This document shows positions 9,472 through 20,414 of a DNA stretch of 64,000 nt, in pieces (the stretch's first letter is position 1; every line of letters begins with the position of its first letter). The notes under the pieces were generated by a model. That model ran no database searches. It saw only the letters and a list, made by a program, of their open reading frames with translations, and was not told where the DNA came from. A program made the position numbers and the translations under genes. Source of the DNA: an uncultured bacterium (GTDB taxonomy: Bacteria > Patescibacteriota > Dojkabacteria > SC72). The stretch covers positions 6,485-70,484 of the forward strand of contig CAIVJR010000005.1 in NCBI GenBank assembly GCA_903906305.1. The letters are read 5' to 3'.

Positions 9472-10680
9472 TTAGAAACTGTACATCTGCTTAATATCTT
9501 GTCCTAATACTACAACAATATCCCCTGTTGTCATAAATTCGGGACGTCCAACTACAAGGTCATAGCTTCCAGAGAGAATTTCAGATACCACTTTCAACGA
9601 GCTAGCGAAATTCTCTTCATTTGAGATATACAAAACAGTTCTATCTATTGTTTTTGGTGCATTCTCATACCTAACTACATCACATCCAGAGTTCTCAATC
9701 TTTCTTCCGAACTGTTTAGCTGCCCCTGGAACTCCGCTTCCATTGTATATTTCAACCCTTACTCTTTCCTTTTCTAATGATCTATCAATGATTTTTGCAA
9801 TTAGACTTCGATATGCTCCATCAAATTCTTCCGTATTCATATACCTAATCTGTCCTCCACTAGTTGAGAGGTCCTCGGTGGAATATCTATAGAATGATAG
9901 ATCAATACCGAATGTTTCAGTACTCACAATTGTCTTATTCAATGAGTCGAAGAAATTTAAGAAGCCTGTAAAGCCTAGGTTACTATACACTGTGTTGCTT
10001 ATTCCCATTAGTTTAGTAATCCCAAAGATATTTTTAACAGCAGAATATCTTGAAGACATCATCGATAGTTTGAAGAATGCATCATTTAAAGAATCCCCTT
10101 CCGCTACTTTGTAATATTCTTTTACTCTATCTTCGACACCACTGATATCCCCGTATAATCCTGAGTAATTCTTTGTACCATCTGGTGAGAACCAAATATA
10201 GTTATCTACTTTTATACCTAGCATCTGTCCTATCTGCCATATTGCATATTCGACTCCCCTTCCCTCTTGGAGGAAATCTCCTGCATATCTAAAGCTTGAT
10301 ACCGCTAAACTATTTCCAAAGTCTTCTTCTAATCCGCCATAGTACATCCATCCGGGTATATATATCAGTATGGATTCTTCTTTGTTTTTGTTAGTCAAAA
10401 AGAGATATGCCTCGTTAATTCTCTTCTCTTGTCCGTTGTTTCCTTCTAATACAACCAACGTTGTACTTGTATCATCATTTGCCTGAGAAAGTAGATATTG
10501 ATTGGAGCCATTGATCTTGGTTGAATCAGATAGCTTAGCGGATAACAGAACAACAAGATATATACCAAAGAATAGAATTAGGCCTGTTATCAGGGTATAT
10601 ACAATGATTTTGCTAACATTTATTTTCTTATGCGTTTTACTCTTACTTTTAGTTTTAGTCTGTGAGCTCAGTCTTTTCAT
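9472..10680 (-). CDS. LCP-like / LytR C-terminal domain membrane protein
   Basis: N-terminal TM; C-terminal VEIYNGSGVPGAA...DIVVVLGQD LytR_C pattern. Confidence 0.8.
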   Translation of the reverse strand: MKRLSSQTKTKSKSKTHKKINVSKIIVYTLITGLILFFGIYLVVLLSAKLSDSTKINGSNQYLLSQANDDTSTTLVVLEGNNGQEKRINEAYLFLTNKNKEESILIYIPGWMYYGGLEEDFGNSLAVSSFRYAGDFLQEGRGVEYAIWQIGQMLGIKVDNYIWFSPDGTKNYSGLYGDISGVEDRVKEYYKVAEGDSLNDAFFKLSMMSSRYSAVKNIFGITKLMGISNTVYSNLGFTGFLNFFDSLNKTIVSTETFGIDLSFYRYSTEDLSTSGGQIRYMNTEEFDGAYRSLIAKIIDRSLEKERVRVEIYNGSGVPGAAKQFGRKIENSGCDVVRYENAPKTIDRTVLYISNEENFASSLKVVSEILSGSYDLVVGRPEFMTTGDIVVVLGQDIKQMYSF

Positions 10681-11648
10681 TTCAATCTATTGATTAATCT
10701 TTTTCCTTGCATATCATTGCAACAAAGAAAAATTGATTCTAATTCAATCTCATCTGGAACAGCCCCGCCTTTTAGAGTTTTGAAAAGAGTATCTCCTACA
10801 ATGTTTGCTCCTAGATATTCTATTGTAGCTCTGATTTGGTGCATTCTCCCGGTTTTTATAATAATCAAAAATTCATTTGCACTTACTGGCTTTATATATG
10901 ACAATGCTGATCTTCCATGATTAAATGTATATGTTTTAAAGATCATTTTCATTCGGTTTATAGAGCTTCTTCCAATATATCCCTCTACCTTTAACCATGT
11001 ATCATCTACTTCAAAATTGTTCTGTACCAATTTATCCAGCTCTTCAGAGGCATTTAATGGTTGAACTGGGAACTTTTCTTTTAATTCACCGCTAATATCA
11101 TTACCATACTCGACCTTTGCCAAATATATCTTTTCCACCTTATGCTCTTCAAATTGTTTTTGGAAATATAGCTGTGCTTCAGCATTTTTTGCAAAGAGGA
11201 TTAATCCTGAAACAGGTTTGTCCAACCTATGTACTATCCCTCCTCTTTCCATCCTTGGATCATATTCTTCTTTCGATTGAAGATATTCGACGACATAGTT
11301 AACTAAGGTATCTTTAGGATTTCCTACCCCTGGGTGAACAACAAGATTCTTTGGTTTGTTGATAATTAAAAAATCTTTGTCCTCATATTTAATATCTAAC
11401 GTGTGATGTTGTGGAATAATTTCCCCAAAGGAATGTTCCTCTAGAAGTTTATCTACTTCTTCATCTTGGATTTCAAGAATATCACCCTTTCGAAGTTTGT
11501 AGGAGGGTTTCCCTGGTTGTCCGTTGATTGAAATCAATCTTTCCCAATTATGTTTTAAAAAACTTCGGCTATGGACTTTGAAATTGTTTGATACAAAGGC
11601 ATCTGCTCTATTTCCCTGATTTGTTTCGTCGATATGGACAGTTTGCAT
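10677..11648 (-). CDS. RluA/RluD family pseudouridine synthase
   Basis: S4-like N-domain, INKP..LVVHP, VHRLDKPVSG, TGRMHQIR, IVGD. Confidence 0.93.
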   Translation of the reverse strand: MQTVHIDETNQGNRADAFVSNNFKVHSRSFLKHNWERLISINGQPGKPSYKLRKGDILEIQDEEVDKLLEEHSFGEIIPQHHTLDIKYEDKDFLIINKPKNLVVHPGVGNPKDTLVNYVVEYLQSKEEYDPRMERGGIVHRLDKPVSGLILFAKNAEAQLYFQKQFEEHKVEKIYLAKVEYGNDISGELKEKFPVQPLNASEELDKLVQNNFEVDDTWLKVEGYIGRSSINRMKMIFKTYTFNHGRSALSYIKPVSANEFLIIIKTGRMHQIRATIEYLGANIVGDTLFKTLKGGAVPDEIELESIFLCCNDMQGKRLINRLK

Positions 11649-11656
11649 AGTAACAA

Positions 11657-12481
11657 TTATCTTTGCATTTTAATTGGTTGATTGATGTCAATTCCTCTTA
11701 CAGAAGATACCCTCTCTATGACTACATTGGCTCGTTTGGAATCTTTTATAAAAAAGATTAACCCCAACAAGGTCCATATTAAGAGTACAACTAATGTAAT
11801 CTTTTCAAATTGATTGATTTCACCTGTTGTATATATATATCCAATGACAACACTACATAGTAAAATCAGGAAAATGTTAGCAACAACATATATCTTTTTC
11901 TCAATATTTGGTTTTTGTATTTTATTCACATACCCTATTAACAATACAGAGATTAGCGGGAATATTAAGAGAGCTAGGCCTTCAGATATCCATCCTTGAT
12001 TTCCACTACTTAGTCCAATCAAAAGAAATGACATACTAAGCATAACCTCTCCTGAGAAGTAAATTGTCGGGAACATATGATTCCATCTCCACTTTTTTAT
12101 AAATGTAGACCAGAAACTAGCAGTAAAGAGATAGCCAACAAACATAATCAAAATGTTTAGACCTCCATCAAATATATCGAAGAACTTCCATGGTAAAAGT
12201 CTGAACCATAAAATCTCAGTGCCATATCTTTCATATGGGGACCAATACCAAATAAATCTGGAGAAATCTGCCCAATTTGAAAGGATATATATAAGTCTAC
12301 CTGCAATAAGACCAAGAAATATTGAAATTATAAAAAGATCGAATACCGAAGATCTGTCTTTTCTTGTTTCCATAGCTCCTCTCCAACATACATACATTCC
12401 AAACACTATGACACAAATAAAAAGCACAGCTGGGCTTAATTCTGAGAAAAATTGGAATATACTATTTATTATGTTTTGCAC
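11657..12481 (-). CDS. Lgt-like membrane protein (partial prolipoprotein diacylglyceryl transferase similarity)
   Basis: GLIAGRLIYI and IFDGGL resemble Lgt N-terminal motifs; multi-TM. Confidence 0.55.
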   Translation of the reverse strand: MQNIINSIFQFFSELSPAVLFICVIVFGMYVCWRGAMETRKDRSSVFDLFIISIFLGLIAGRLIYILSNWADFSRFIWYWSPYERYGTEILWFRLLPWKFFDIFDGGLNILIMFVGYLFTASFWSTFIKKWRWNHMFPTIYFSGEVMLSMSFLLIGLSSGNQGWISEGLALLIFPLISVLLIGYVNKIQKPNIEKKIYVVANIFLILLCSVVIGYIYTTGEINQFEKITLVVLLIWTLLGLIFFIKDSKRANVVIERVSSVRGIDINQPIKMQR

Positions 12482-12528
12482 TGAAGTTTGCTAACAAATT
12501 AATATCCGCAACACATGATATCACAGTA

Positions 12529-13269
12529 TTAATGTTTTTTATTTTTCTTTTTTTTCTTGCTCTTTTTTACTGAAGTTTTTACTGTTATCTCTTCCGATTT
12601 CTTTTTTAATGGCTCAGCAACATTTTTTGCTTTGTTTAAAAGAGCTTGATATCCCGCTATTATTGAGCTTCCAACTTTTACGGTCAAGCTTCTTTTCTTG
12701 GTACTGTATCTTGTCTGTTCTGCTTCGACAACTTTCGTAGCCTCATCCTTTGATGCTTGGATCTGCTGTTCCATTACTTCTCTACTTGGAGCTTCTTCTT
12801 CAAAAGTTACGACTTCTTTTCCGACTTTAACCCCACAATATGGGCAATATTCACTATTCTTTTCAATATATACATCACATGATTTACATTTTACCCTTAT
12901 CTCCAATCCACATGTAGGACAATATGTATACCCTGGGTATAGCTGAGTACCACATCTTGTACAGTCATCTAACTCGGATGTCTCATATTTCAGATATCTT
13001 CTTTCAAGATCAGCCCAATATATTTGTTCAATGGTTTGTGAAGGTCTCAAAATCAAGTACATTATCCATCCAAAAATATTGAAGAATACAACAAGAAGTA
13101 AATAGATTACTCTAGCCGTTTTGTTGCTTGTTCTCTCTCCAGCATCTAACCATACCCAATCCAATACAATGATCCAAAATATGACAAATGCTATTGCCAA
13201 AATTGTCCATACAACCTGGAAATTAATCTTTTCCACCCCGCTGAGCAGATTGAGTAAAAATGTCTCCAT
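12529..13269 (-). CDS. Membrane protein with double zinc ribbon
   Basis: WVWLDA..R / YLILRP TM hairpin; four CxxC pairs. Confidence 0.85.
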   Translation of the reverse strand: METFLLNLLSGVEKINFQVVWTILAIAFVIFWIIVLDWVWLDAGERTSNKTARVIYLLLVVFFNIFGWIMYLILRPSQTIEQIYWADLERRYLKYETSELDDCTRCGTQLYPGYTYCPTCGLEIRVKCKSCDVYIEKNSEYCPYCGVKVGKEVVTFEEEAPSREVMEQQIQASKDEATKVVEAEQTRYSTKKRSLTVKVGSSIIAGYQALLNKAKNVAEPLKKKSEEITVKTSVKKSKKKKKNKKH

Positions 13270-13292
13270 GCTTTTTATCTCAAAATATAATA

Positions 13293-13376
13293 TGGTCGGG
13301 AAGGGAGTTGAACCCTTATGCTATTGCTAGCACGGGATTTTGAGTCCCGCGTGTCTGCCAGTTCCACCACTCGACC
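13293..13376 (-). tRNA. tRNA-Leu(CAA), CCA not encoded
   Basis: Reverse complement GGTCGAGTGGTGGAACTGGCAGACACGCGGGACTCAAAATCCCG...GGTTCAACTCCCTTCCCGACCA; long variable arm. Confidence 0.95.
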
Positions 13377-13426
13377 TGAACTGCAGTATTATACTAGAAA
13401 TATCAGACGTTTAGAAGGTCTTAACG

Positions 13427-14746
13427 CTACTTTTCGCCCTTGTACAAATTTCTGAAACTTGCGATTTCAGCCACAAATGCTAATTTCACATTTCCAGTAG
13501 GTCCATTTCTATGTTTTGCGATACTTAGATCTCCAGTTCCCTTGTTTTCAGTATCAGGATTCCATGTCTCTTCCCTATCTATGAACATTACTACGTCTGC
13601 ATCCTGCTCGATTGATCCTGATTCTCTTAGATCTGATAATTGAGGTCTCCTACCCTGTCTTTGTTCAACCGCACGATTTAATTGTGAGAGTGCAATGACA
13701 GGAACATCAAGTTCCTTTGCAATATTTTTTAATCCTTGGGATATCTCAGAGACTTCTAATGTTCTACTTTCAGTACTGCTACCATGCATAAGCTGAAGGT
13801 AGTCTACAAATATGATATCTAATCCATGCTCCAATTTTAATCTTCTTGCCTTAGTTCTAATTGAGTTAATATGCTGTCCTGCTTGATCATCGATATATAT
13901 ATTAGTATCTCCGAATTCACCCATGGTATCTGCCAATTTCATCAATTTTTTGTCTGTTAGTCTTCCAGTTCTAATTTCCCAGAATGGAATACCTGATTGC
14001 ATACCTATTAGTCTATCCATAATCTGAGTTTGACTCATTTCCAATGAGAAGAACACAACAGTCTTCTTTTCAACCATGGCTGCATGTCGCATCATATCCA
14101 ACGCTAATGAAGTTTTACCAACAGAAGGTCGTGCAGCAATAATAACTAGATCCGATTTTTGAAAACCACCCAAGAGTTCATCCAAATCTTTAAAACCAGT
14201 AGATATTCCTAAATATGCTTCATCGTTATCTGCTCTCTCTGCTCTTTCGAAGGCTTCTTTAAGCAAGTCTTTAATATGTACGAAGTTACTTCTGATTCCA
14301 GATTGTGCAACATCAAAGATTCGTTTCTCGGACTCATCCATAACCCTATCTATTTTTATTGTCTCATTAAATGCTAATTCTGTAATATCTCTTGAAGCAG
14401 ATATTAATCCTCTTCGTGTTGCACTCTCTTTAACAATTCCTCCATATTCTTCAGCATGGGCAGAAGTTGGAACCATTGCTACTAAGTCAGCAAGATATGT
14501 TCTTCCCCCTATCTTGGTTAACTGTTTTTTCTTCTTTAATACATCCGAAAGGGTAATTAAATCGATTGGTAAGGCTTCGTTAAAAAGTTCTAGTATATTG
14601 GCATATATAATGCCATTACGCTCTTCATAGAAATGCTCTGGGAGTAACCACCCCGAAACGGCAATAACCGCGTCCTTATCTATCAACATCGATCCAATCA
14701 ATGATTGCTCTGCTTCTATGTTTTGTGGTGGAACTTTCTCCATCAT
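13427..14746 (-). CDS. dnaB: Replicative DNA helicase DnaB
   Basis: PPQNIEAEQ, AARPSVGKT, FSLEM, DYLQL, LSQLNR, DLRESGSIEQDAD, AKHRNGPTG. Confidence 0.98.
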   Translation of the reverse strand: MMEKVPPQNIEAEQSLIGSMLIDKDAVIAVSGWLLPEHFYEERNGIIYANILELFNEALPIDLITLSDVLKKKKQLTKIGGRTYLADLVAMVPTSAHAEEYGGIVKESATRRGLISASRDITELAFNETIKIDRVMDESEKRIFDVAQSGIRSNFVHIKDLLKEAFERAERADNDEAYLGISTGFKDLDELLGGFQKSDLVIIAARPSVGKTSLALDMMRHAAMVEKKTVVFFSLEMSQTQIMDRLIGMQSGIPFWEIRTGRLTDKKLMKLADTMGEFGDTNIYIDDQAGQHINSIRTKARRLKLEHGLDIIFVDYLQLMHGSSTESRTLEVSEISQGLKNIAKELDVPVIALSQLNRAVEQRQGRRPQLSDLRESGSIEQDADVVMFIDREETWNPDTENKGTGDLSIAKHRNGPTGNVKLAFVAEIASFRNLYKGEK

Positions 14747-14752
14747 TGCTTG

Positions 14753-15403
14753 TTATTGTAAAAATATTACTTCTACACTTTGTTGATTTTCTTCATCAAC
14801 CTTTTTCTTAACAACATTTAAGGTTGTTTCCTCTCTAACGTTTGCAAAACCAAAGTGTTTGATAAATTCTTCCTTACTCTTACAAGTATTCTCCTTTGCA
14901 CCATCTTCACAGAATGCACATGGAAGTAATACTGCAGGATCTATTTCGGATATGACTTTTTCCATAGTATCAAAGCTCATGAAATTGACTCCATCCCCTA
15001 CTGGTAATATTAATACATCTACATCTCCTACATTCTTGATAGTATCTGGATCAAATTTACTGTTTGTACCACCAAGATATACAACTCTAAGGGTATTCTC
15101 ATCGATGATATAGTAGTCTTTGTCGATATCTCTTCTAATCATAATTCCACCTACTTCGAATTCTCCCGGTGTAGATATTTCCATTACCTTTTCTCTCTTG
15201 TCTGGAACTATCTTTGTATCTAGTTTATTGTCTTTAATAATGCTTGTTTTTACTGTTTTGTCATAGTCTGTGAATATTGCGATGTCTGTTGCTGTCTTAG
15301 ATATACTTGTACCTGCTTCTACAGCCGCTAATGGGTCTGTTACAACAGAGATATTTGCTGATGATATTAGGAAACTGGTCCATCCAACTTTCTTGATTTT
15401 CAT
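14753..15403 (-). CDS. Metallo-beta-lactamase fold protein, metal site apparently degenerate
   Basis: VVTDP, PGEFEVGG, DVDVLILPVG, IDPAVLLP; HxHxDH absent; ATG at 15403 preferred. Confidence 0.75.
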   Translation of the reverse strand: MKIKKVGWTSFLISSANISVVTDPLAAVEAGTSISKTATDIAIFTDYDKTVKTSIIKDNKLDTKIVPDKREKVMEISTPGEFEVGGIMIRRDIDKDYYIIDENTLRVVYLGGTNSKFDPDTIKNVGDVDVLILPVGDGVNFMSFDTMEKVISEIDPAVLLPCAFCEDGAKENTCKSKEEFIKHFGFANVREETTLNVVKKKVDEENQQSVEVIFLQ

Positions 15404-15482
15404 AGTATTCAAGTATATAAATTTAACAACTAGCTATTATCCATAGTATATCAGATTTCTTCTGGGGCGGTAGAAGAAATTT

Positions 15483-15701
15483 TTAGGTTAAACCTAATGA
15501 TTTTTTAACATCTTCTACAAGGGATTGTTTCATCTCTTGTTTTATCATTTCTACTTTTAAACTTTCTAATGAGGATATACACGCTTGTAGTTGGGTCATT
15601 ACCTTTACATTGGTTTCTCCATCCATTACCATTTTCTTTACTCCTTTTACCTGTCCTTCTACTCTATTTATTCTATTTTGTATTCCTTTTGAATATGTCA
15701 T
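15483..15701 (-). CDS. CsoR/RcnR/FrmR-family repressor-like protein
   Basis: NRINRVEGQVKGVKKM...VMTQLQA..SSL family signature. Confidence 0.85.
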   Translation of the reverse strand: MTYSKGIQNRINRVEGQVKGVKKMVMDGETNVKVMTQLQACISSLESLKVEMIKQEMKQSLVEDVKKSLGLT

Positions 15702-15753
15702 TACAAAAGTATATGCAAAAGATTTGGTTAGTGCAATATATCAAAAGCTTTCT

Positions 15754-15782
15754 GTAGGGGAACATTTTTGTTGTTCCCCTAC
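15754..15782. terminator. Hairpin downstream of 15828..16352
   Basis: GTAGGGGAACA-N7-TGTTCCCCTAC perfect 11-bp stem. Confidence 0.7.
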
Positions 15783-15827
15783 TGGGCAGCGTGATTTGGG
15801 TGTAAGCGATGAAAAGATAAACATAAT

Positions 15828-16352
15828 TTACAGAAATTTGATGAACCAAAAATGTTCGGGAAGGCATAGTGTTTTGATTTTCTTAACATGATTGTGTTTA
15901 TGTTCGATCATCCATACCAATGCCCTAACATCTTTGAGCTCTTTATATGTGTCTTTCCAATTATCGAACTCTACAGAGAGCCGCACTATTTCATTCCAAA
16001 CGTCCTCATTTGCATCCTCCTTATACAATAATCTTAAGATCCGAAGGATATAGTATTTCCCACCACGATAATGACGTTGATTAAATGGAATCAACGTTAA
16101 AATTTTTTCTTTAGCATCTTTTCTAAAGGAAGATTCTTCAGGGAGGTTTTCCACCATTAGTCCTAAAAAATACATATTAGGCGGAGGATTTATTTCCAGC
16201 CAATACGTATCTTTTGTATGCAGGAAAAGCATATCCCGATCGGTCAATGTTATCGGTGGTTTCACTTCACTGTTTTTCAACCTAAGTTTTGCTTCTTCCG
16301 TCAAATCTTCCCAGTAATGGGATTCTTCCATTAGACGTGTTTTGGGAATCAT
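15828..16352 (-). CDS. Hypothetical protein (cassette gene)
   Basis: 174-aa ORF preceded by TATAAT (16399-16404) and boxA-like GATCTTTAAAA (16375-16385). Confidence 0.7.
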   Translation of the reverse strand: MIPKTRLMEESHYWEDLTEEAKLRLKNSEVKPPITLTDRDMLFLHTKDTYWLEINPPPNMYFLGLMVENLPEESSFRKDAKEKILTLIPFNQRHYRGGKYYILRILRLLYKEDANEDVWNEIVRLSVEFDNWKDTYKELKDVRALVWMIEHKHNHVKKIKTLCLPEHFWFIKFL

Positions 16353-16428
16353 TTTTATCCGTTTCTGTTTACCTTTTTAAAGATCTTCACCCACCCATAT
16401 TATAGGGCATTTTGTAGTATAATTACAT

Positions 16429-16929
16429 ATGCAAAAAGACTTTGTAGAAACAACTAATGACAATCCCATTGTGCATCTCTTAGAGAATCACGATGCTCTC
16501 GAATTAATAAACGAAGAAACCTCTTCCCTCTACCCTCAAGTTTGGGGATTATGTGAGTTTGAAAGGAACGGATTAAACTATTATGGTGAATACGAGAGTC
16601 CAACAAAGCCAATAAATATTAAGTATGAAATATACCAAACACCAAAGTATGAAGATGTATTAACATGTGATGCAAGAGCACCATTAAAATATTGGACACA
16701 TTGGCAAGAGCAATTTCCTCCCGATTTCATAGAGGCTCTTCAAAGAAACGCTACCTTGGGAGTGATATTTCCATACAAAGAAATAAAACTTTTCCAGCAA
16801 CTTACATTCAAAGAAACTGGGATAGAGAGATTCCGTGTCCTAAGGGCACATATATACAAAGACTTCGAAACCTTACCTATTACAAAAATAAATAATTACC
16901 CTACAACAGTTGGAACTATTGGAGTTTAG
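16429..16929 (+). CDS. Hypothetical protein
   Basis: 166-aa ORF, TATAAT 5 nt before ATG. Confidence 0.7.
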   Translation: MQKDFVETTNDNPIVHLLENHDALELINEETSSLYPQVWGLCEFERNGLNYYGEYESPTKPINIKYEIYQTPKYEDVLTCDARAPLKYWTHWQEQFPPDFIEALQRNATLGVIFPYKEIKLFQQLTFKETGIERFRVLRAHIYKDFETLPITKINNYPTTVGTIGV

Positions 16930-16996
16930 TAAAACAACATATTTGGATAAATATTTCTAGACAACCACTATTTCATCTGATATAATCCTACTCGCT

Positions 16997-17335
16997 ATGA
17001 AAAAGAACATACACCCAGAATATAATCACAATTTAGAAATTATCTGCTCATGTGGCAATAAATTCGTAACAGGTTCAACCCTCTCCGAAGGTACACACAA
17101 CGTCGATATCTGTTCCAAATGTCACCCATTCTATACAGGTGAACAAAAGATCGTAGATACCGATAACATCGTTAAGAAGTATGAAGATAAGGTAGCAAAA
17201 GCAGCAGGAATGTCATACAGAACTAAGAAAGAAAAAATGCTTGCTAGAAAAGAAAAGATGGGTGCAGTATCCTCAAGACCAACCAATACCCTTACACTCA
17301 AGGATCTTCTTGAGAACGCAAGAGTATCTAGGTAA
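16997..17335 (+). CDS. rpmE: 50S ribosomal protein L31 (zinc-binding type, C-terminal extension)
   Basis: MKKNIHP, CSCGN, DICSKCHPFYTG. Confidence 0.96.
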   Translation: MKKNIHPEYNHNLEIICSCGNKFVTGSTLSEGTHNVDICSKCHPFYTGEQKIVDTDNIVKKYEDKVAKAAGMSYRTKKEKMLARKEKMGAVSSRPTNTLTLKDLLENARVSR

Positions 17336-17374
17336 CAAATTTCCATTAATAATTTAAAATGATATATTATCCAT

Positions 17375-18478
17375 ATGGATATAGCTTTGTTAAAGAAAAA
17401 ATATATTAGTAATGATGCACAAACCCATGTTACTGATTTAGAACAACAGATTACCCTAGCCCATACAACAGGAGGAGCAAATCTCTCTAAATTAAGTGGG
17501 GACTTAAGCTACTATGCACAACTCGCAAGTCACACATCAGCTATTCAGAAAGCTATAAAGGATATTGAGGAAGCACAATACATGCTCTCCAATGATGCCG
17601 ATTCCGACATTATTGAAATGGCCAAAGAAGAAATTACTCAAAAAGAAGAACTCATAACCAATTTAGAAAAGGAAATCTTCCAGATCAAGGTAGAAAGACA
17701 ATTTGAAGACGAAGATGATGATAGATCAGCCATTATTGAAATCCGTGCTGGAGCTGGTGGTGATGAAGCTGCACTCTTTGCTGCCGACCTTTTCAAGATG
17801 TACTCAATATATGCAACTAACAAAGGATGGCAGGTTGAAATCGTTGAAAGCAATGTAACCCAAGAAGGTGGATACAAGGAAATCATTGCGCACTTAGCAG
17901 GAAAGAATGTATTTAAAAATTTGAAATATGAAAGTGGTGTACACAGAGTACAGAGAATACCTTCCACCGAATCAGCAGGTAGAATACATACCTCTACCGC
18001 TTCTGTAGCCATTCTACCTGAAGCAAAAGAGATTGATGTGCAAATAGACCCAAGCGAAATTAGAATTGAAGTTATGCGTGCCTCAGGCGCTGGTGGACAG
18101 TGTGTAAACAAGACAGACTCTGCAGTAAGAATTACACATATTTCAACAGGAATCGTAGTAAGTTGCCAAGAAACCAAACATCAAGCTCAGAACAGAGAAA
18201 AAGCTATGGCCCTACTCCGATCTAGATTGTACGATATGAAGAAGCAAGAAGAGATGGCCAAGCGAAAGAATATGAGATCATCTCAGATTGGATCCAATGA
18301 TCGAGCCGAAAAGATTAGGACATACAATTTCCCTCAAAACAGAGTAACAGATCACCGAGTCAAACTTTCATGGTTTAATATGGAAGGAATTCTCTCTGGT
18401 AATATTCAAGAAATTATTGATGACGTTCGTAAGGGTATTCAAGAAGAGATATTAGCTCAGCAAGAAAAAGGTGAATAA
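17375..18478 (+). CDS. prfA: Peptide chain release factor 1
   Basis: [44 protein letters not shown]; between rpmE and prmC. Confidence 0.96.
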   Translation: MDIALLKKKYISNDAQTHVTDLEQQITLAHTTGGANLSKLSGDLSYYAQLASHTSAIQKAIKDIEEAQYMLSNDADSDIIEMAKEEITQKEELITNLEKEIFQIKVERQFEDEDDDRSAIIEIRAGAGGDEAALFAADLFKMYSIYATNKGWQVEIVESNVTQEGGYKEIIAHLAGKNVFKNLKYESGVHRVQRIPSTESAGRIHTSTASVAILPEAKEIDVQIDPSEIRIEVMRASGAGGQCVNKTDSAVRITHISTGIVVSCQETKHQAQNREKAMALLRSRLYDMKKQEEMAKRKNMRSSQIGSNDRAEKIRTYNFPQNRVTDHRVKLSWFNMEGILSGNIQEIIDDVRKGIQEEILAQQEKGE

Positions 18479-19271
18479 CGAATTACAAATTCTTTTTCAA
18501 ATACAAGAGGCTTTAAAGACCTCTGGATATTTCGACACCTCAAGAGTTGCAAAGGATATATTGGAATATATACAAGAGAAAGATTTGCCCCTTGAGCCAA
18601 TATTAGAGAGAATAACATTAAATGAACCTTGGGAATATATCAAAGAAAAAGGTGAATTTAGAAACATCAATTTCAAATTAAATAACCATACTTTAATCCC
18701 TCGAATTGAGACAGAGCTCATGGTCGATATTGCCAAGCAAGAATTAATTAAATCCCCCACTCCATATACAGATATCATTGATGTAGGTACTGGTAGCGGA
18801 TGCATTATTATCTCCTTAACAAGAGAGTTGATTGAGAAATCTGATGATAACAAAAGATATCACGCTACGGATATTTCTGACGAAGCTTTGAACATTGCAA
18901 AGGAAAATGAAAAGAATATCTTAAATCAATCAGTTATTAAATTCACTAAGACCGATTTAATTGGAGATATCTCATTAACAAAAGATAGTTTTTGTATGAT
19001 ACTGGCGAATCTTCCATATATACCAACACAACAATATTTAGAACTAGATACTAGTGTTAAGGATTTTGAACCTAGAACCGCACTAGATGGAGGAGAAAAT
19101 GGAATTCAGTATTACGAAAAATTACTAGCTCAAATACAAGAAAAGAAAATTAAAGGATGCGCAATATTTGAAATAGAACCCTCAACATTAGAGCTATTCA
19201 AGCCTCTCTATCCAAAGGTGATAAAAGACCAATACGGCAAAGACAGATTTATACTAATCCGCTTCAGATAA
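18471..19271 (+). CDS. prmC: Release factor glutamine methyltransferase
   Basis: [30 protein letters not shown]; overlaps the prfA stop. Confidence 0.93.
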   Translation: MNNELQILFQIQEALKTSGYFDTSRVAKDILEYIQEKDLPLEPILERITLNEPWEYIKEKGEFRNINFKLNNHTLIPRIETELMVDIAKQELIKSPTPYTDIIDVGTGSGCIIISLTRELIEKSDDNKRYHATDISDEALNIAKENEKNILNQSVIKFTKTDLIGDISLTKDSFCMILANLPYIPTQQYLELDTSVKDFEPRTALDGGENGIQYYEKLLAQIQEKKIKGCAIFEIEPSTLELFKPLYPKVIKDQYGKDRFILIRFR

Positions 19272-20396
19272 GGTTACTTCAAATACTTTTTCTGTGCCTG
19301 CTCGATTTACCTTTACTTCTACCTTGTCCCCTACTTTATGCTTTTGTATATACACAGATAATGATGAAGTTACTTTTTCTCCACCTAAATCAGTTACAAT
19401 ATCACCCTTTTGTATACCAGCCTTGTATGCAGGCCCATATACATCCAAGCTCTGTATTAAAGCCCCTGGTACTACATTGGTATTTGAATAATACAATGCA
19501 AGGTATTCAGAGATCATCTGGTATGTAACACCCATATATGCCTCTATGAACTTACCGTAGGTACGATACTCTTCAATTCTTTCTTTAACTTTGTTAATTG
19601 GTAATGCAAAAGAGATATTCTCTGCCCCTGATGTAGTAGCAAAACTTACACCAATTACTTTTCCTTCACTACTTAACAATGGACCACCGGAATTTCCTGG
19701 ATTAACTGCAGCATCTGTCTGTAAAACACCTTCATACGTTTTTTGAGTTGCACCAAACCAACTTGCACTTGTAGTTACTGTTCTATCTAATCCACTTATT
19801 ATTCCTTTAGTTACGCTACCAGAATATTCTCCAAGCGGAGTTCCGATCGCGATTACATCTTGTCCTGCAACCAATTTGTTCGAATCTCCTAACTCTAATA
19901 CTTTCAAATCTTTAGCCTCTATTCTCAATATTGCAATATCATTTGCATCATCTCTCGCTATCTCACTAACATCATATTGATTTCCATCACTTGTAACTAC
20001 TTTGTACGCAGCTGTAGTACTAGAAACTACATGTTGATTAGTTACTATCCAACCGTTTGCATCAACAACAAAACCAGTTCCAATATTACTGTCTGTACTT
20101 ATTACCCCTTTGTCCTGTGAGAGAGAAAGTTGAGAAATTGCGATACTTACTACACCAGGTGCAGAATCCTTAACAATATTTATTGTATTGCTCTCCTCTT
20201 GAGACACCGTTATTGCTGGTGAATTAGACGCAGTTGTTATACCTAAAAAACTTCTAATATTATCAATATTCAAGACTACAATTGATGTAAACGTTATGGA
20301 TACCAATATCATTCCAAGTATTGTCCCAAATATGAAAAGAAACTTACGAGGATGTCTTCTTAAAATACTGTTTATCGTTTTCTTCTCTGTTTCCAT
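19254..20396 (-). CDS. htrA: HtrA/DegP-like serine protease with PDZ domain
   Basis: GTGF, VTNQHVV, DIA, QTDAAVNPGNSGGPL; C-terminal PDZ. Confidence 0.93.
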   Translation of the reverse strand: METEKKTINSILRRHPRKFLFIFGTILGMILVSITFTSIVVLNIDNIRSFLGITTASNSPAITVSQEESNTINIVKDSAPGVVSIAISQLSLSQDKGVISTDSNIGTGFVVDANGWIVTNQHVVSSTTAAYKVVTSDGNQYDVSEIARDDANDIAILRIEAKDLKVLELGDSNKLVAGQDVIAIGTPLGEYSGSVTKGIISGLDRTVTTSASWFGATQKTYEGVLQTDAAVNPGNSGGPLLSSEGKVIGVSFATTSGAENISFALPINKVKERIEEYRTYGKFIEAYMGVTYQMISEYLALYYSNTNVVPGALIQSLDVYGPAYKAGIQKGDIVTDLGGEKVTSSLSVYIQKHKVGDKVEVKVNRAGTEKVFEVTLSEAD

Positions 20397-20414
20397 ATAT
20401 ATATTTATTAAAAA

